Positions 1 through 12,800 of a stretch of DNA of 64,000 nucleotides are shown here, piece after piece. How positions within the stretch are numbered: the first letter of the stretch is position 1; the number at the start of each line of letters is the position of its first letter. The notes beneath the pieces are model-generated. The model was not told the origin of the DNA. It was given only the letters and a program-made list of their open reading frames with translations, and did not search any database. The DNA is from Mytilus trossulus (taxonomy: Eukaryota): NCBI RefSeq assembly GCF_036588685.1, contig NC_086386.1, positions 35,588,001 to 35,652,000 of the forward strand, given 5' to 3'. Both the position numbers and the translations under genes were made by a program.

Positions 1-285
1 AGGAAGATGTGGTGTGAGTGCCAATGAGACAACTCTCCATCCAAATAACAATTTAAAAATTAAACCATTATAGGTTAAAGTACGGCCTTCAACATGGAGC
101 CTTGGCTCACACCGAACAACAAGCTATAAAGGGCCCCAAAATTACTAGTGTAAAACCATTCAAACGGGAAAACCAACGGTCTAATCTATATAAACAAAAC
201 GAGAAACGAGAAACACGTATATATATTACATAAACAAACGACAACTACTGTACATCAGATTCCTGACTTAGGACAGGTGCAAACA
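1..285 (+). repeat. High-copy interspersed repeat (GAAGATGTGGT..GCCAATGAGACAACT family)
   Basis: Related copies at ~26300-26660, ~36380-36800 and ~63650, and reverse copies at ~16010-16195, ~17080-17210 and ~46755-46982. Confidence 0.75.
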
Positions 286-622
286 TATATAAATAGGCAT
301 CTTCAGTCTCAATTTCATTTTTGGATTTCTATAGTTTTATAATTGGTCAATTCCATGTTAAAACCTTTATGGGATCCAGCGAACGCTTCAAAATCTAATC
401 TATTACCTTTAGTGCTCGGAAAACTTAAGTGTAATTCCTATACTCTCAATAGGTGGTTTTTCCATTTCTATTCTCCTTTTCAAACTGCCCTTTCCAAGTA
501 CCATATATGTTTTGATTAAACAACCCTAACAAGCATCTACACTTTCATCAATACTTTTTTTGCAGTTTCTTTAATGATCAAATAATGCTGTAAAACATTT
601 ATTTTCATATGTTTGTAATTAC

Positions 623-814
623 CTTAACAAGATGTCCATGAACATCATTAATAACCAAAGAGACAGTGACTGCAAATGGACGGTATTCTCTTTCATCAAA
701 TGGTCTGACTTCAGCTTCAGCCACGTAAGGACCATCAGCTGCTTCACCAAGCTTCTTCTCTTTAGGAGTATCATAAAAGTCTGTAAATACTTGGTCTTCA
801 CCTAAATAGTTTTC
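623..814 (-). CDS. BLTP1: BLTP1 exon 15
   Basis: ENYLGEDQVFTDF...YRPFAVTVSLVINDVHGHLVK; CAG acceptor, GTAATT donor (a different frame from the ORF-track entry). Confidence 0.88.
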
Positions 815-3800
815 CTGAAAAATTTAAGATAAGGTGAGATGGTTAATCTGTGGTTTTAACACCATCTAACACAATTCAGAAATTGAAGGAACTGTTCCAA
901 TTTCTTCATTGTAACTGTTTTATGTAAATTCAAATCAGCAATAACTGATTAATATAAGATAATAATGAAATTTCAAAAACAAATTCCATCAAAGTACAAG
1001 ATGTGATCTCATAGTGATGTTAAAATAAAAATTACCTCTTTTTCAAAACATATATTGCAATCAACAAAGAAAGTCGAGTCAATAATCAAGTGCTGCAATG
1101 AAAGACCCTTAATAAATCCTTGTCAAGTAGCTGATAATATAAAAGAAATCTGATTTGAGAATGTAACAGAAAAAGAATTATATTTTTTTCCAATACTTAT
1201 AGATTATCCTTAGCTATCTCAAGGAGATTGGTTTCTCACTTCAGCCAGTTACAGTAACTGATATTCTTTCCTCCACTGTACTTCAGTGAGACAAAAACTA
1301 TCAACATAAAAAATCAAAGCGCTGTAAGCACTGTAGGCAGTTAACCAAAAACCAAGGCAAACATAATTATGAAAACTGTGGCAATGTTGCTTCAACTTTT
1401 TTTAAAGATTTAAAAGAACAAACATCAAACATTCATATATAATTGTACATTTATGTTCATTTGATGAATTAATCATTAAGGCAAATAATTCATATTTTAT
1501 CAAGGTTTTCAATAACATGGCCCCACGAACTCCACCTATATTTCATATAATTTGTTATATTGTCCCATACATGAATATATATGGTTTAGGGGTGGGGATC
1601 TTGACCGTTACCAAGTTTAGGTAATTTTTGTCTCTTGTGGATAGTTGTCTCATTGGCAATCATACCACATAACTTCCAGCTATTTTAACTAACCTATCAA
1701 AATTGAGAAGAAAACAAGAAGTAATTGTAACAGGATGCTGTTACGAAGTCTCCCAAACAAAGCTCCCGTAACTCGCCATCCATAAGGTCCCATGTTCATT
1801 TGATTTGATGTTTTGTCCCATACAAGAATATATATGGCTTACGGGTGGGGATCTCTACCATTTACAAGTATTCAAACAAGAGGGGGAGGGGATGACCCCC
1901 AGGGACTTTACCTATATTTCATTTGATTTGTTTTATTGTCCCATACAAGAATATATATGGTTTAGGGGTGGGGATGTTGACCGTTTGCAAGTTTTCAAAC
2001 AAGAGGGGTTGGGGTGACCCCCTCAGGACTTCCCTTTTATATCATTTCATTTGTTTTATTGTCCCCCACAAGAATATATATGGTTTAAGGGTGGGGATCT
2101 AGACCGTTTACAAGATTTCAAACAAGAGGGGGTGGGATGACCCCCTCAGGATTTCCCTTTTACTTCATTTTCATTTGTTTCATTGTCCCCTACAAGAATA
2201 TATATGGTTTAGGGGTGGGGATCTGGACCAGTTACAAGATAATAGTACATTCTCATATTGAACGGGGTGGGGGTGACCCCCAGGAACTTCCATTTAATTT
2301 CATTCAATTAGTTGTATTGTCCCATACAAGAATATATATGGTTTAGGGGTGGGGATGTTGACCGTTTACATGTTTTCAAACAAGAGGGGGTAAGGTGACC
2401 CCCCACGGAATTCCCTTTTATTTCATTTCATTTGTTTTATTGTCCCCTACAAGAATATATATGGTTTAGGGGTGGGGATCTGGACCATTTACAAGATAAT
2501 AGCACATTCTCAAATTGAACGGGTTGGGGAGGACCCCAGGGGACTTCCCTTTAATTTCATCTGATTTGTTTTATTATCCCATTCAAGAATATATGAGGTT
2601 TTGGGGTGGGGATCTGGACCATTTACAAGATAAAAGCATATTCCCAAATTGAAGGGGGTGGGGATGACCCCCAAAGACTCCCCCTATATTTCATGTGATT
2701 TGTTTTATTGTCCTAAAATCATTTCTGAAGACTACATGTATCTATCACTTACAGTTTTCAAGTTATATTCATTTAAAAAATTTAGAAAATAAAATCCCAT
2801 AGGGTTCTTAGTAAACCCCACCCTACTTTCTGCCCCCCCCCCCCCCCCCCCCCCAAATACCCCTTAATAGACCCCAATGCACAAACAAAAGATTGATGGC
2901 TCACCTAGACATATTAGTCTAACATTCTATGAAAGCCTAAGTTAAACTTTGTTTGGGAGACTTGAAAATACCCCTTGAAATTGCAGTAATATGTTCAACT
3001 TGAAAAGCATTTAACACGCATTACCAACATTTATCACTGATAAAAAAAAATTATACTGTTACCAGGTTGTTAGATAAACTGTTCCCAGCTGTAACAATGT
3101 ATTGGATTTTCACATTAAAATTGGTGTACAAAATATTTTCTGCTTTTTCTTTCTTTTACATATGTCTTTTGGTTTTCAATTCTAGTGTTTGTATTTATTT
3201 ACCATGCATAGATGTATTTTGTCACCTGTCTGGATTTTTTAGTAGCCAAATCCGGGATAACCCTTATCCGCTTCCGGAATCGAATCCGATATTGTAATCT
3301 CGTGGCAGCCATTTTGGTTTCAATGTTGTTTTTGACAGATAGTGAGATACGATTTTACTCGGATTTACACATTATTTCTCGGCGATTTTATGTATAAAGC
3401 TAGCGGTTGAACAAATTGAACATCGCTGTCATGAATAGTAATAATGAAAATAAGTGTGAGATCGTTTATTAGTAAACTTTGGTAAAAATGTTTGCAAAAT
3501 TATTTTTTTATATTCTTTCAAGGTCCGTCGGGCATGTGCGTAGCTAGTAACCAAGTAGAAAGTCCGACAGCAAAAGTGGACGGTCGCAGACCTCGCTAAT
3601 TTGAACTCCTGCGTCCAAATTATAAAGATACGAAAATTTCGTCTTCTTTTCAATTCAAAATTTCTGCCAACACCGTGATCAGTTGAACTTATAAACGTAG
3701 TTGATTACGTATTGACGACAAACAATATTCCTACGATTTTGCAATTTAGGAAATCTTAACTACTTGTCTTTGGAAATTTTCGGCGATTAGATATTTCATA

Positions 3801-6800
3801 CATTTGTTCTTTGACATCTTAGCCAAAAGCTCAGGGGATAATAAACTACATAAGGATTCCTAATGTGCTCTACTTCCTATGTGCAACTTCAAAACTTTTG
3901 GGAAAATCGACGATCATTTAAGGTTTTTCTGGTCATATTTTTTGTAATCCAGAATAAAAAGTATAAAAAAAACTGTCCAATAAGTCACAAATAATATAGT
4001 AGCCAGCTAGATGATAACAATGACACGTATTTCAGCATTTATTGGGTAGCACACAAATCAAGGGTGCTCGCATAAGGCAGCTTAACTGCCTAACAACAAT
4101 TATTCCATATTCCCTTCAAATCATTCTGGTAAAAGTATCAATAAAAACTCACTTTTACATGCAGAAAATTCCTAAGTAATGATCCATATATACACAACAT
4201 AGATGGAGCCACTTCCAGTTCCAATGCTATTAAATCTGGTTCCATGTTTGCTGGATCAAAGCCCTCAGGAGGCTCTGTTCTAATCACTTTACCACTGAAC
4301 GGTCCCATAGGTATATTTATCTCCTCCTCTATGATAGGTGTGGTCGGGGCAGATTTCTTCTTTTTGGTGGTGACTTCTTCCTCCACTTTATATTCCAGTA
4401 ATGGCATAGGGTGGTAAGTGTATCCTAGACTGATTGCTACATGTGTAGTTGTCCAACAGTCTATCCAGCCTTCACTATAAAATTATTAAAAAAAACATAT
4501 ATATTATCATAATTCAAATTGTTTTCCAGTAAGCAGAAGTTGCATTAAAAATCAAAACCCAGACTCTATTTACGAATATAAAGGAATTACAGTTTTGGGC
4601 CTATGAAGAAATTAGTTGTTGATGAACTTGATGTTGAAAGCTTGTCTAGATATCTGATTCATGTATTTGTTAATAACTGAATGTTTATCCACCATATCAA
4701 ATAATATGATTTCATGTAATTTTTTATTAAGCAATTCGCATAAAACATCAGAATTTAAGTAGACATTAGGTCAACTTGCCAACCAGTCACAGTCAAGTAC
4801 TAGAAATAGAACTTTTTTTAGTCTAACATTGCCTTTTTAAAATCCTAAGTCTGCATCTGCATATTCACTACTGTGGATTCATTGTTATTCGTTGGATACC
4901 AATTTGTCGTGGATACAGGTAAACTACGAATTCAAATGTTCAATGAATACTGTGGATTCATTTTTATTCGTGGTATACCAATTTTCGTGGGTTTCGTGGG
5001 TCACAGCGAACTACGAATTTAAGAATTCAATGAAGAATAATCCCGAGAAATGTATATGGAGTCGGATGTTTATTTCCGGTTATTTTATGCAGTTTTGGTA
5101 AAGTGTTGACTAGCAGTAAACATTGTAACATAACACATGTTTTTTATTGAAAGAAGATACAAGTATTTTGATTAAATCTATAATAAATATATGGAATGTC
5201 AGTGATAATTTACCTTTAAAATTGATTAAAACATAGTTTGGTTTACCAGTAATTAAAAATCAATAGGATTAAGTACGGGGATATTGCCCGTAGGTAATAT
5301 TGTTTATGACAGGAACATTTATGTTCACACCTTATACTAATATCACTGTTTATCTTATCCTGATTAGGGAAATGAGATTTCAATCATAAAGTTTTGAATG
5401 CCTTGTAGAATTTAGACAAGAATTTATTAATTGTACATCAAACAAATAATTAGTTGTCTCTGTCAATTACTGTAATCGAAGTTATCAATGAACACTTTAA
5501 CCTAGAATGACCAAGTGAGGATTTTGACAATTCAAAACTTTTTCAATGAATTCTTTCTTTTTTGTTTTGTTTTATTATTGATCAAACCAAGGAGGTTATA
5601 TGATCTCCTAAATCAAAAAGAAATCCACGAATTATGTATCTAATTTTTTGTTGTTGTAATCAGCGATCCACGAATTTATGTATACCACGAAACGTCTTTT
5701 TTTCTCTATCCAGGAAAATTGATACCCACGAAAATAAATGAATCCACAGTAACATATTTTCAATAGGTTTTGTGTACAGAGATTGGCTAAACCACGAAAT
5801 CAAATATCCACAAAAAATGATACCCACCAAAATAAATGAATCCACATAATTTGGATTATACAATTAATACATTCTATTTGTAAGCCTAATACTTCCAATG
5901 ATTCCTACCTTTCTTCAGTAAACCTTCTCCACTGACGTTTCTCTGGTTTAAAGGGTTTCTCTATTATTTTCCCATTCCTGTCCATTATCTTCATATTTTT
6001 GGATAAAGCCAAAACAATTTGTCTACTTGTGTTAGACTCTGGTAGGTAAAATCTACAGTAGGCGTTCTCTCCCTTTAATATATCAAAGATAAAAATGATT
6101 TTAAATTTGATTTCATGTTATGTTCAGTATACTACAATAAATTTTGGTACTTGCTTTTGCCATGTAGCTTCATTTGGAGTGACATTGAACATTTAGACAA
6201 ATAACTTTCAACAAATCATTAGTGCTGTTGTTGGACCAAAATCTGAATAGTAGGATAAATCTGGAAAAATAATGTCAAACAGGCAAAGTGGATACATGGA
6301 GGAGATATGTTAAAACTATTTCTCTAATTCTTTGTCAATTTATCCCTTTCTACACCCATTGTATAAAAAAGATTTAATCAACTTGTGGTTTGTTTGATTT
6401 CAGTACTTCATTGGTTAAAATCCAATTATGACATAGAATTTTGTTGCTTTCCTCTGAAATTGCTAATGTGACGCCACATAGAAAGAACACATCTTTTTGC
6501 AGATCATTCGAAAAGAAGGAATAAGTTTGCCAGCATGATGTTAGAAAATCATTAGAGAAACAGATTTCACAACCAAATCTCTGTAATACAATATTTATCC
6601 ACTCTCGACAGTTAAATTTTAAATATTTAAAATGCTTGGACAAGCCTCTCGTTTTAAATTTGAAAATTTAACTGTCGAGAGTGGATAAATATCGTATTAA
6701 ACTTGATGCAGTGGTAGAATCTATATATATCACAAAAACTTGGAAAGGATTGGCAATACTCTTTAGCAGACCTTTTTTCAAGGAGATCTTAAAAGGTAAT

Positions 6801-9800
6801 TACTTCAAATAAATTTTAAAAACAGTAAAAAAATATTTTCATTGGTTTTCAACATTTTTATTGAGCCTTTGACTTTTGTCGAAAAAGAGAGACTAAGCAA
6901 TCCTACATTACGTTGTCATCGGTGTCGGCCGCGGTGGCAGCAGCCACAAATATTCACTCTGTGGTTAAAGTTTTTGAGATTTTAATAACTTTCTTAAACT
7001 ATACTGGATTACTTCCAAACATGGACAGAAGCTTGTTTATGATCATAATAAGTATCCAGAAGTAAATTTTTTTTTAAATAGAATTCCAATTTTTCTGTAT
7101 TTAACTTATAAATGGACTTAGTTTTTCTGCAGGGAAACATTACATTCACTCTGTGGTTCAAGTTTTTAAAATTTTAATAGCTTTCTTAAACTATCCTGGG
7201 TTTGTACCAAACTTGGACAGAAGCCTGGGTTTGTACCAAACTTGGACAGAAGCCTGGATTTGTACCAAACTTGGACAGAAGCCTGGGATTGTACCAAACT
7301 TGGACAGAAGCTTGTTTATGATCAAAAGATAATATACAGAAGTAAATTTTGTAAAAAAAATAAATCCATTTTTTCCGTATTTTACTTTTAAATTGACTTA
7401 GATTTTCTGCCAGGAAACAACACATTCACTCTGTGGTTAAATTTTTTAAAAACATTTATAACTTTCTTATGCTAATTTTAATTTGTACCAAACTTAGACA
7501 GAAGCTTGTTTATGATCATAAGCTAGTATTTAGAAGGAAATTTTGTTAATATTTTGTACCTGTGTATCTGTATTTTACTTAAAAATGGACTTAGTTTTTC
7601 TTCCTGTTAACATTTAACATACAGTCTGCAGTTAAAGTTTTTAAACATTTATTAGATTCATAAACTATCCTGGATTTTTACTAAACTTGGACAATTAAAG
7701 TAAAGTATCAAGAGGAATATTTTAATTGATTTTTTTCCTCATTTTGTTGAGCCTGCGATTTTCAGCAAAAGTAGACGAGACACTGGGTTCTGCGAAACCC
7801 TTACAAATTTGTATTTCTACTCACCTTTATAACCAGTCCAATATGTACAGTAGAAGGTAAATAATCAGTATAGGGTAGGACCAGTGATAAGTCTAATGTT
7901 TGACCAGCAAAAGCTATATGAGCTATAAATAGAAAATTACATGTAGATAGAAATTATTTTCAAGACAGTTTATATATTGTACTGTAAACCGGATGGCTAA
8001 AGTTTGTCTATGTTATGGTAAACCATTTCTCCTTGTCATTTTCAAATTTAAACAAAATCAGACCCTTATTCTGACTTCTTAACAATAAACAGAACAACAA
8101 CTATTTTGGTGAAGATGTTACGAAGTTTAAAATCATAAGTCTGATGGATTTGTCCTTTTAAACAATAAAATATGTTTAGACTAACTTATTTTTATGTCAC
8201 AGAAAGTATCCCTACCAATATCTCATTTCTAATTTAGTTTCATGTCAAATCAAGTACAACTTCAAATTCATTCCCTTGTACTTTTTTTTAATGAAGTCAT
8301 TACAAACATCAAAAAGTAAAACAATAGGTTAACAATGACTTGAAGGATAACAACTGCTCTTTTGTACATGATGTAAATACATGTAAATGTTTAAGCCAAT
8401 TGTACCATTTTCAGTTTGAGTAGATGTAGTATCGATCCAGTTATATTCATTGGTCAGCAGTACAAGTTCAAATTCTTTAATAATAAGATTGATTGTCCAT
8501 GTGTAAGGTACAAAATGGAATATATCCTGCCTCTCTTCAGATGACCAATCCTCCATTAAATCTGAAATTTATCAAAACTGATTGAATTTATCAGTATTAA
8601 ATTATTAAATAATACTTCAATTTTACCAGAACAATATGATCTTTTGAATACCTTTAAGCTTATGACAAATTACATTCACATTTCTAGAAGTGTGCAATGT
8701 ATAATGCATATACACTTATTTACATGAGAAAAACAATTTGATTTCTTATATAATTCTTTTTATCCGTTAACATTTAGAGTTTTCAAATCTAAAATCCTTC
8801 CATCCTGAATGATGTAATTTAATACACGAGTAAAGAAAGAAGTTGAGATTATTGACAATGACACCTCAACTCTACCAAGATGATTAAAGGTCACCATGTG
8901 GTTTTATTTTATACTCACCTTTAAAAAAATGTTTGAGATGAAAGATAAGAAAGACTGTAGCTTTACAAGCAATGAAATCACAGACCCAATCTTGGTGATC
9001 ATTCCATGTCAGTGGGTATGAAGCTGTTACTGTAAACTGAAAAATAAATCACAGCAATGCATTGAAAATATGTTGTATAAAAATACAAGTGTCTAGTTTT
9101 TCCCAGTCATATTTCACGTAGATCAGGCATAAAAGGTTAAATATTTTTGAAAATTAGACACTAAAAAAAATCTTCAGATGAGTTTGTTCTTCTACAAAAA
9201 ACAAAGTTTCTCTTTAGAAAAAGGAAAAAGAAAAAAGAAAAAGGAAGTTTTTTTATGAGTCGGTACAAATATATATTTAATACCTACCTCAAAAGTTTCA
9301 CACTCTATAAGTGACCTATATTGTAAACTAGTGGAAGCATCTGCCAATAAAAACTGTCCCTTGACTGTTGTAACATAACCATCCTCAGCTATCATCCAAG
9401 GAATATTCATCTCGATGTAAGATCCAGGGTTGGCATTCATATGGATGGCTTGTGTTTCCTTCAAAGATAAATTTGACCGTTACAGATGGTGTGAAAAGTC
9501 TTTAACTTTTGTTTCGTAATTTTGAAACTATTTGAATACTGTGTATATATTAATTCAGAGATTTGCATGTACATTTTTTATGCAATTGTTGAAATGCCAA
9601 ACTAATTATTGGTGATTTGAGGAAACGCTACATACAAATAATGCTTTCAAAATTAGAAGTTTTAATTTTTGCAAAAACTATGCTATTGCAATTTTCGAAT
9701 TAAAGAAAATCATTGCAAAATTTTATGAACGAAATATAAAAATGTTAATTTCAATTTTAAAATATATTTTCCAATTATACAGACAACATCTATCATCAAA

Positions 9801-12800
9801 AATCACTTCCAATTGAAGTGAGACATACAAGTGACAATTGGAATGATTTGATCAAAGAATGTATTGCAGGATGATATTCTCTACAAATGATTGCTACTGA
9901 CATCAGCTAATAACACTTACAGCATTTTTAGTAAAAAGTATATCAATGGTAGATCTGTGGTACATGTTCATTCTAAATTCAAATGTTTTATATTGCCTCA
10001 GTTCACCAGGCTTTGGTTCAATGGTGGGTACCATGGCTTGGTAGTCTGCTGGGTAGAAAAACTTCCATAACAATTCCCTGCAAGATAATTAACATGTTCA
10101 TATCCTTTACTAGTTTATTATTTTACAGAAGTCACACAATTTTTCATCTATTAAATTTGATACTGATTTCAGTGTTCATTAAAAACATTTATCCTGGATT
10201 ACCCTTCGTAAGAAATGCTTCAGAAGAAACATACTAAAAAGCATTAGTAGAATGGTTAAAACGGTTTTAGATCAAGTTTACCTAATGGAGATTGAAACCT
10301 TAATTTAAGAACCCATACATAATTCATGACTGAAAATGTATAGTGAAATATATCTGTAAAAAAAACACAAAAAATATTTCAACTTAACACATTTTTAAAA
10401 ATTTGGAAAAAAAATGCTAAAAATTTTCACAATCAATATTTGAAGAATTTCTTATTATTTTACTGATAACTAATAAAACATTTACTGAATAAATCATAGG
10501 TAATGTCAATAACTAAACGAAAATTTTCATTTATGAAATATGTGTACCTTTGTCTATCAGCCCAAGGGCCATAATTAAAATCTGTATTTTTACCACATCC
10601 TGCCACCACACCAAAACATGGATATGTCCTCAGTACAACTGTTTCACCATCAGCTAACTGTACACTTTCTGGTTCATATGGAACAGTGCCTACAATATAA
10701 AACATAATGTTCTCAAACTTATCAAAAGTATATATTTAGATATTTTTCACTAAGAATTTTAAAATATTTCTACACAATAATGAGCAAGGATTTTGCTTAT
10801 GTCAACTTAGTTGTCTCCTCATTTCTTATTTACTCACTAGTCCTTTTCTTAAGACAATACACAAAGCAAGAAAGGCAAAGATCCTTTCTGGCCAAGTTAT
10901 TTTAAAAGTTATGCAAATCAAATCAAATTTGCACATGAATTAAATCATCCAATGGAGAATGCTGATAAAGGCAGTTGATTTAAACATTTGAAAAAAGGTA
11001 TAAAGTTTTCCTTATCCTGTTTACTTAACTTTGAATTTTTCGAAAAACTAAGGATTTTCTTATCCCAGACATAGATTACCTTAATAGCCGTATTTGGCAC
11101 AACTTTTTGGAATTTTAGATCATCAATGCTCTTCAACTTTGAACTTGTTTGGCTTTATAAATATTTTGATTTGAGCGTCACTGATCAGTCTTATGTACAC
11201 AAAATGCGCGTCTGGCGTACTAAATTATAATCCAGGTACCTTTGATAACTATTGTACCTTTGAGTATGTAATAGTATTTGATTTTCAATTTAAAGTGTAG
11301 AGGTATGTTATTAAAGGCTCTTTCAATTCTCCCTCTCTATTTTCAAGAATAGTAGCAAGCTGACTTGTGGTTTGCTGCTTGTGTTTGACTTGTAATCTTT
11401 GACCTACCTGGTTCATCCATAAAAAGGTGTACATTAATATTTCTAGTCTGTAAAACAACAAATCCTTCTCCCATGTTACGTGGTGGTCTAAAATTTAAAA
11501 AAAATATATGTTTTTAAAAATAACCTGTAAACATGCAAATGCACCTAAAATTCATAAATTTAAACTCAGTTTAAAACCTTTTTTTTTAACAAGTTTACTT
11601 CTATAACTGACTTCTTTAGAAAAATGGCGAGCCAAGGTTTATTTTATAACAACAGTTTCCACCAAAATAACTAATAATTTCAAAAACAAAAGAAGAACAT
11701 GTAAAATATAGTACGATACTGCAAAATAAATCAAGGGAGTTAAATTCAGTTAATAAAAATCTTTTAACACAGTTTATGTGTTCTCAGATATATGATACCC
11801 AGTATTCTAACATGACGTCCTTTAAACGCTTTGAGTACACACCCGTGGTAAAATATGAATATATTTCATGGGCTGTTCCCATTGTACCCCCAAGTCATAT
11901 GTTTTTTAATGAATGAGGAACCTGACGTCATAGAACGATGACGTAAGAATATAAGCATTTTACGGGAAAATTCACGATTGTGAATCTGAAAATCATCACA
12001 ACAAGGAAACGTTAACAAACGATGCTAAAATGCCATTTTTTTAATACATGTTAGACATGTAAGTAAATTATCATTTAAATTCATCCGTAATATATCTAAA
12101 TACGTTATTTTAAATAGTTAAAACATGTCACTTATTCAGTTTGCTCTGTTCTTTTACGTTAATTTAATAGTGTGTTTATTTCTTGGAATGGCAAATATTT
12201 ACCTCCACCTAGAGCGCTTCAATCCAAAAGAATTGCCGTATTTGACCTATTAGAATCGAAATAATTCATGGGGGCTTGAATATATCTAGATTTTACCACG
12301 GGTTGTCCCTTTATGCCGATATTTTACCCCTCGCTATCGCTCAGGGTAAAATATTTGTCATAAAGGGCCAACATATGGTAAAATCACGATATATTCAAGC
12401 CCCCATGAATTATTTCTTAATTCTAACATGACGTCCTTCAAACGCTTTGAGTACACACCCATGGTAAAATATGAATATATTGTTTGAACTGTTCCGATCG
12501 TACTCCCACTTTATATGCTTTTGTATGAAACAGCTACCCGATGTCATAGAAATATGACGTCAGAATATAGACATTTTACAGGAAAATACACGCTTGTTAA
12601 ACTGAAAATCATTACAAACAAGGAAACGTAAACAAATGATGCTAAAATGTGTTATTAAGCAATTTTTGAATACTTATAAGACATACAAGCACAACTGTTA
12701 TTTAGATTCATACAAACTTATCTAAATATTTTATTGTAAATAGTTTAAGCATGTCACTTATTCGTTTGCTCCGTTCTTTTATGTCAATTTAAAGGTGCGT

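Noticed and set aside
1805-2346. Short ORFs with repeated YIW/FKQEG peptides
   Set aside because: Translations of the ~120-bp tandem array.
3066-4096. Possible TIR element (GTTGTTAG / CTAACAAC)
   Set aside because: Only an 8-bp match and no TSD; insufficient support.
7195-7312. 29-bp repeats as a CRISPR array
   Set aside because: The units are contiguous with no unique spacers, there are no cas genes, and the context is a eukaryotic intron.
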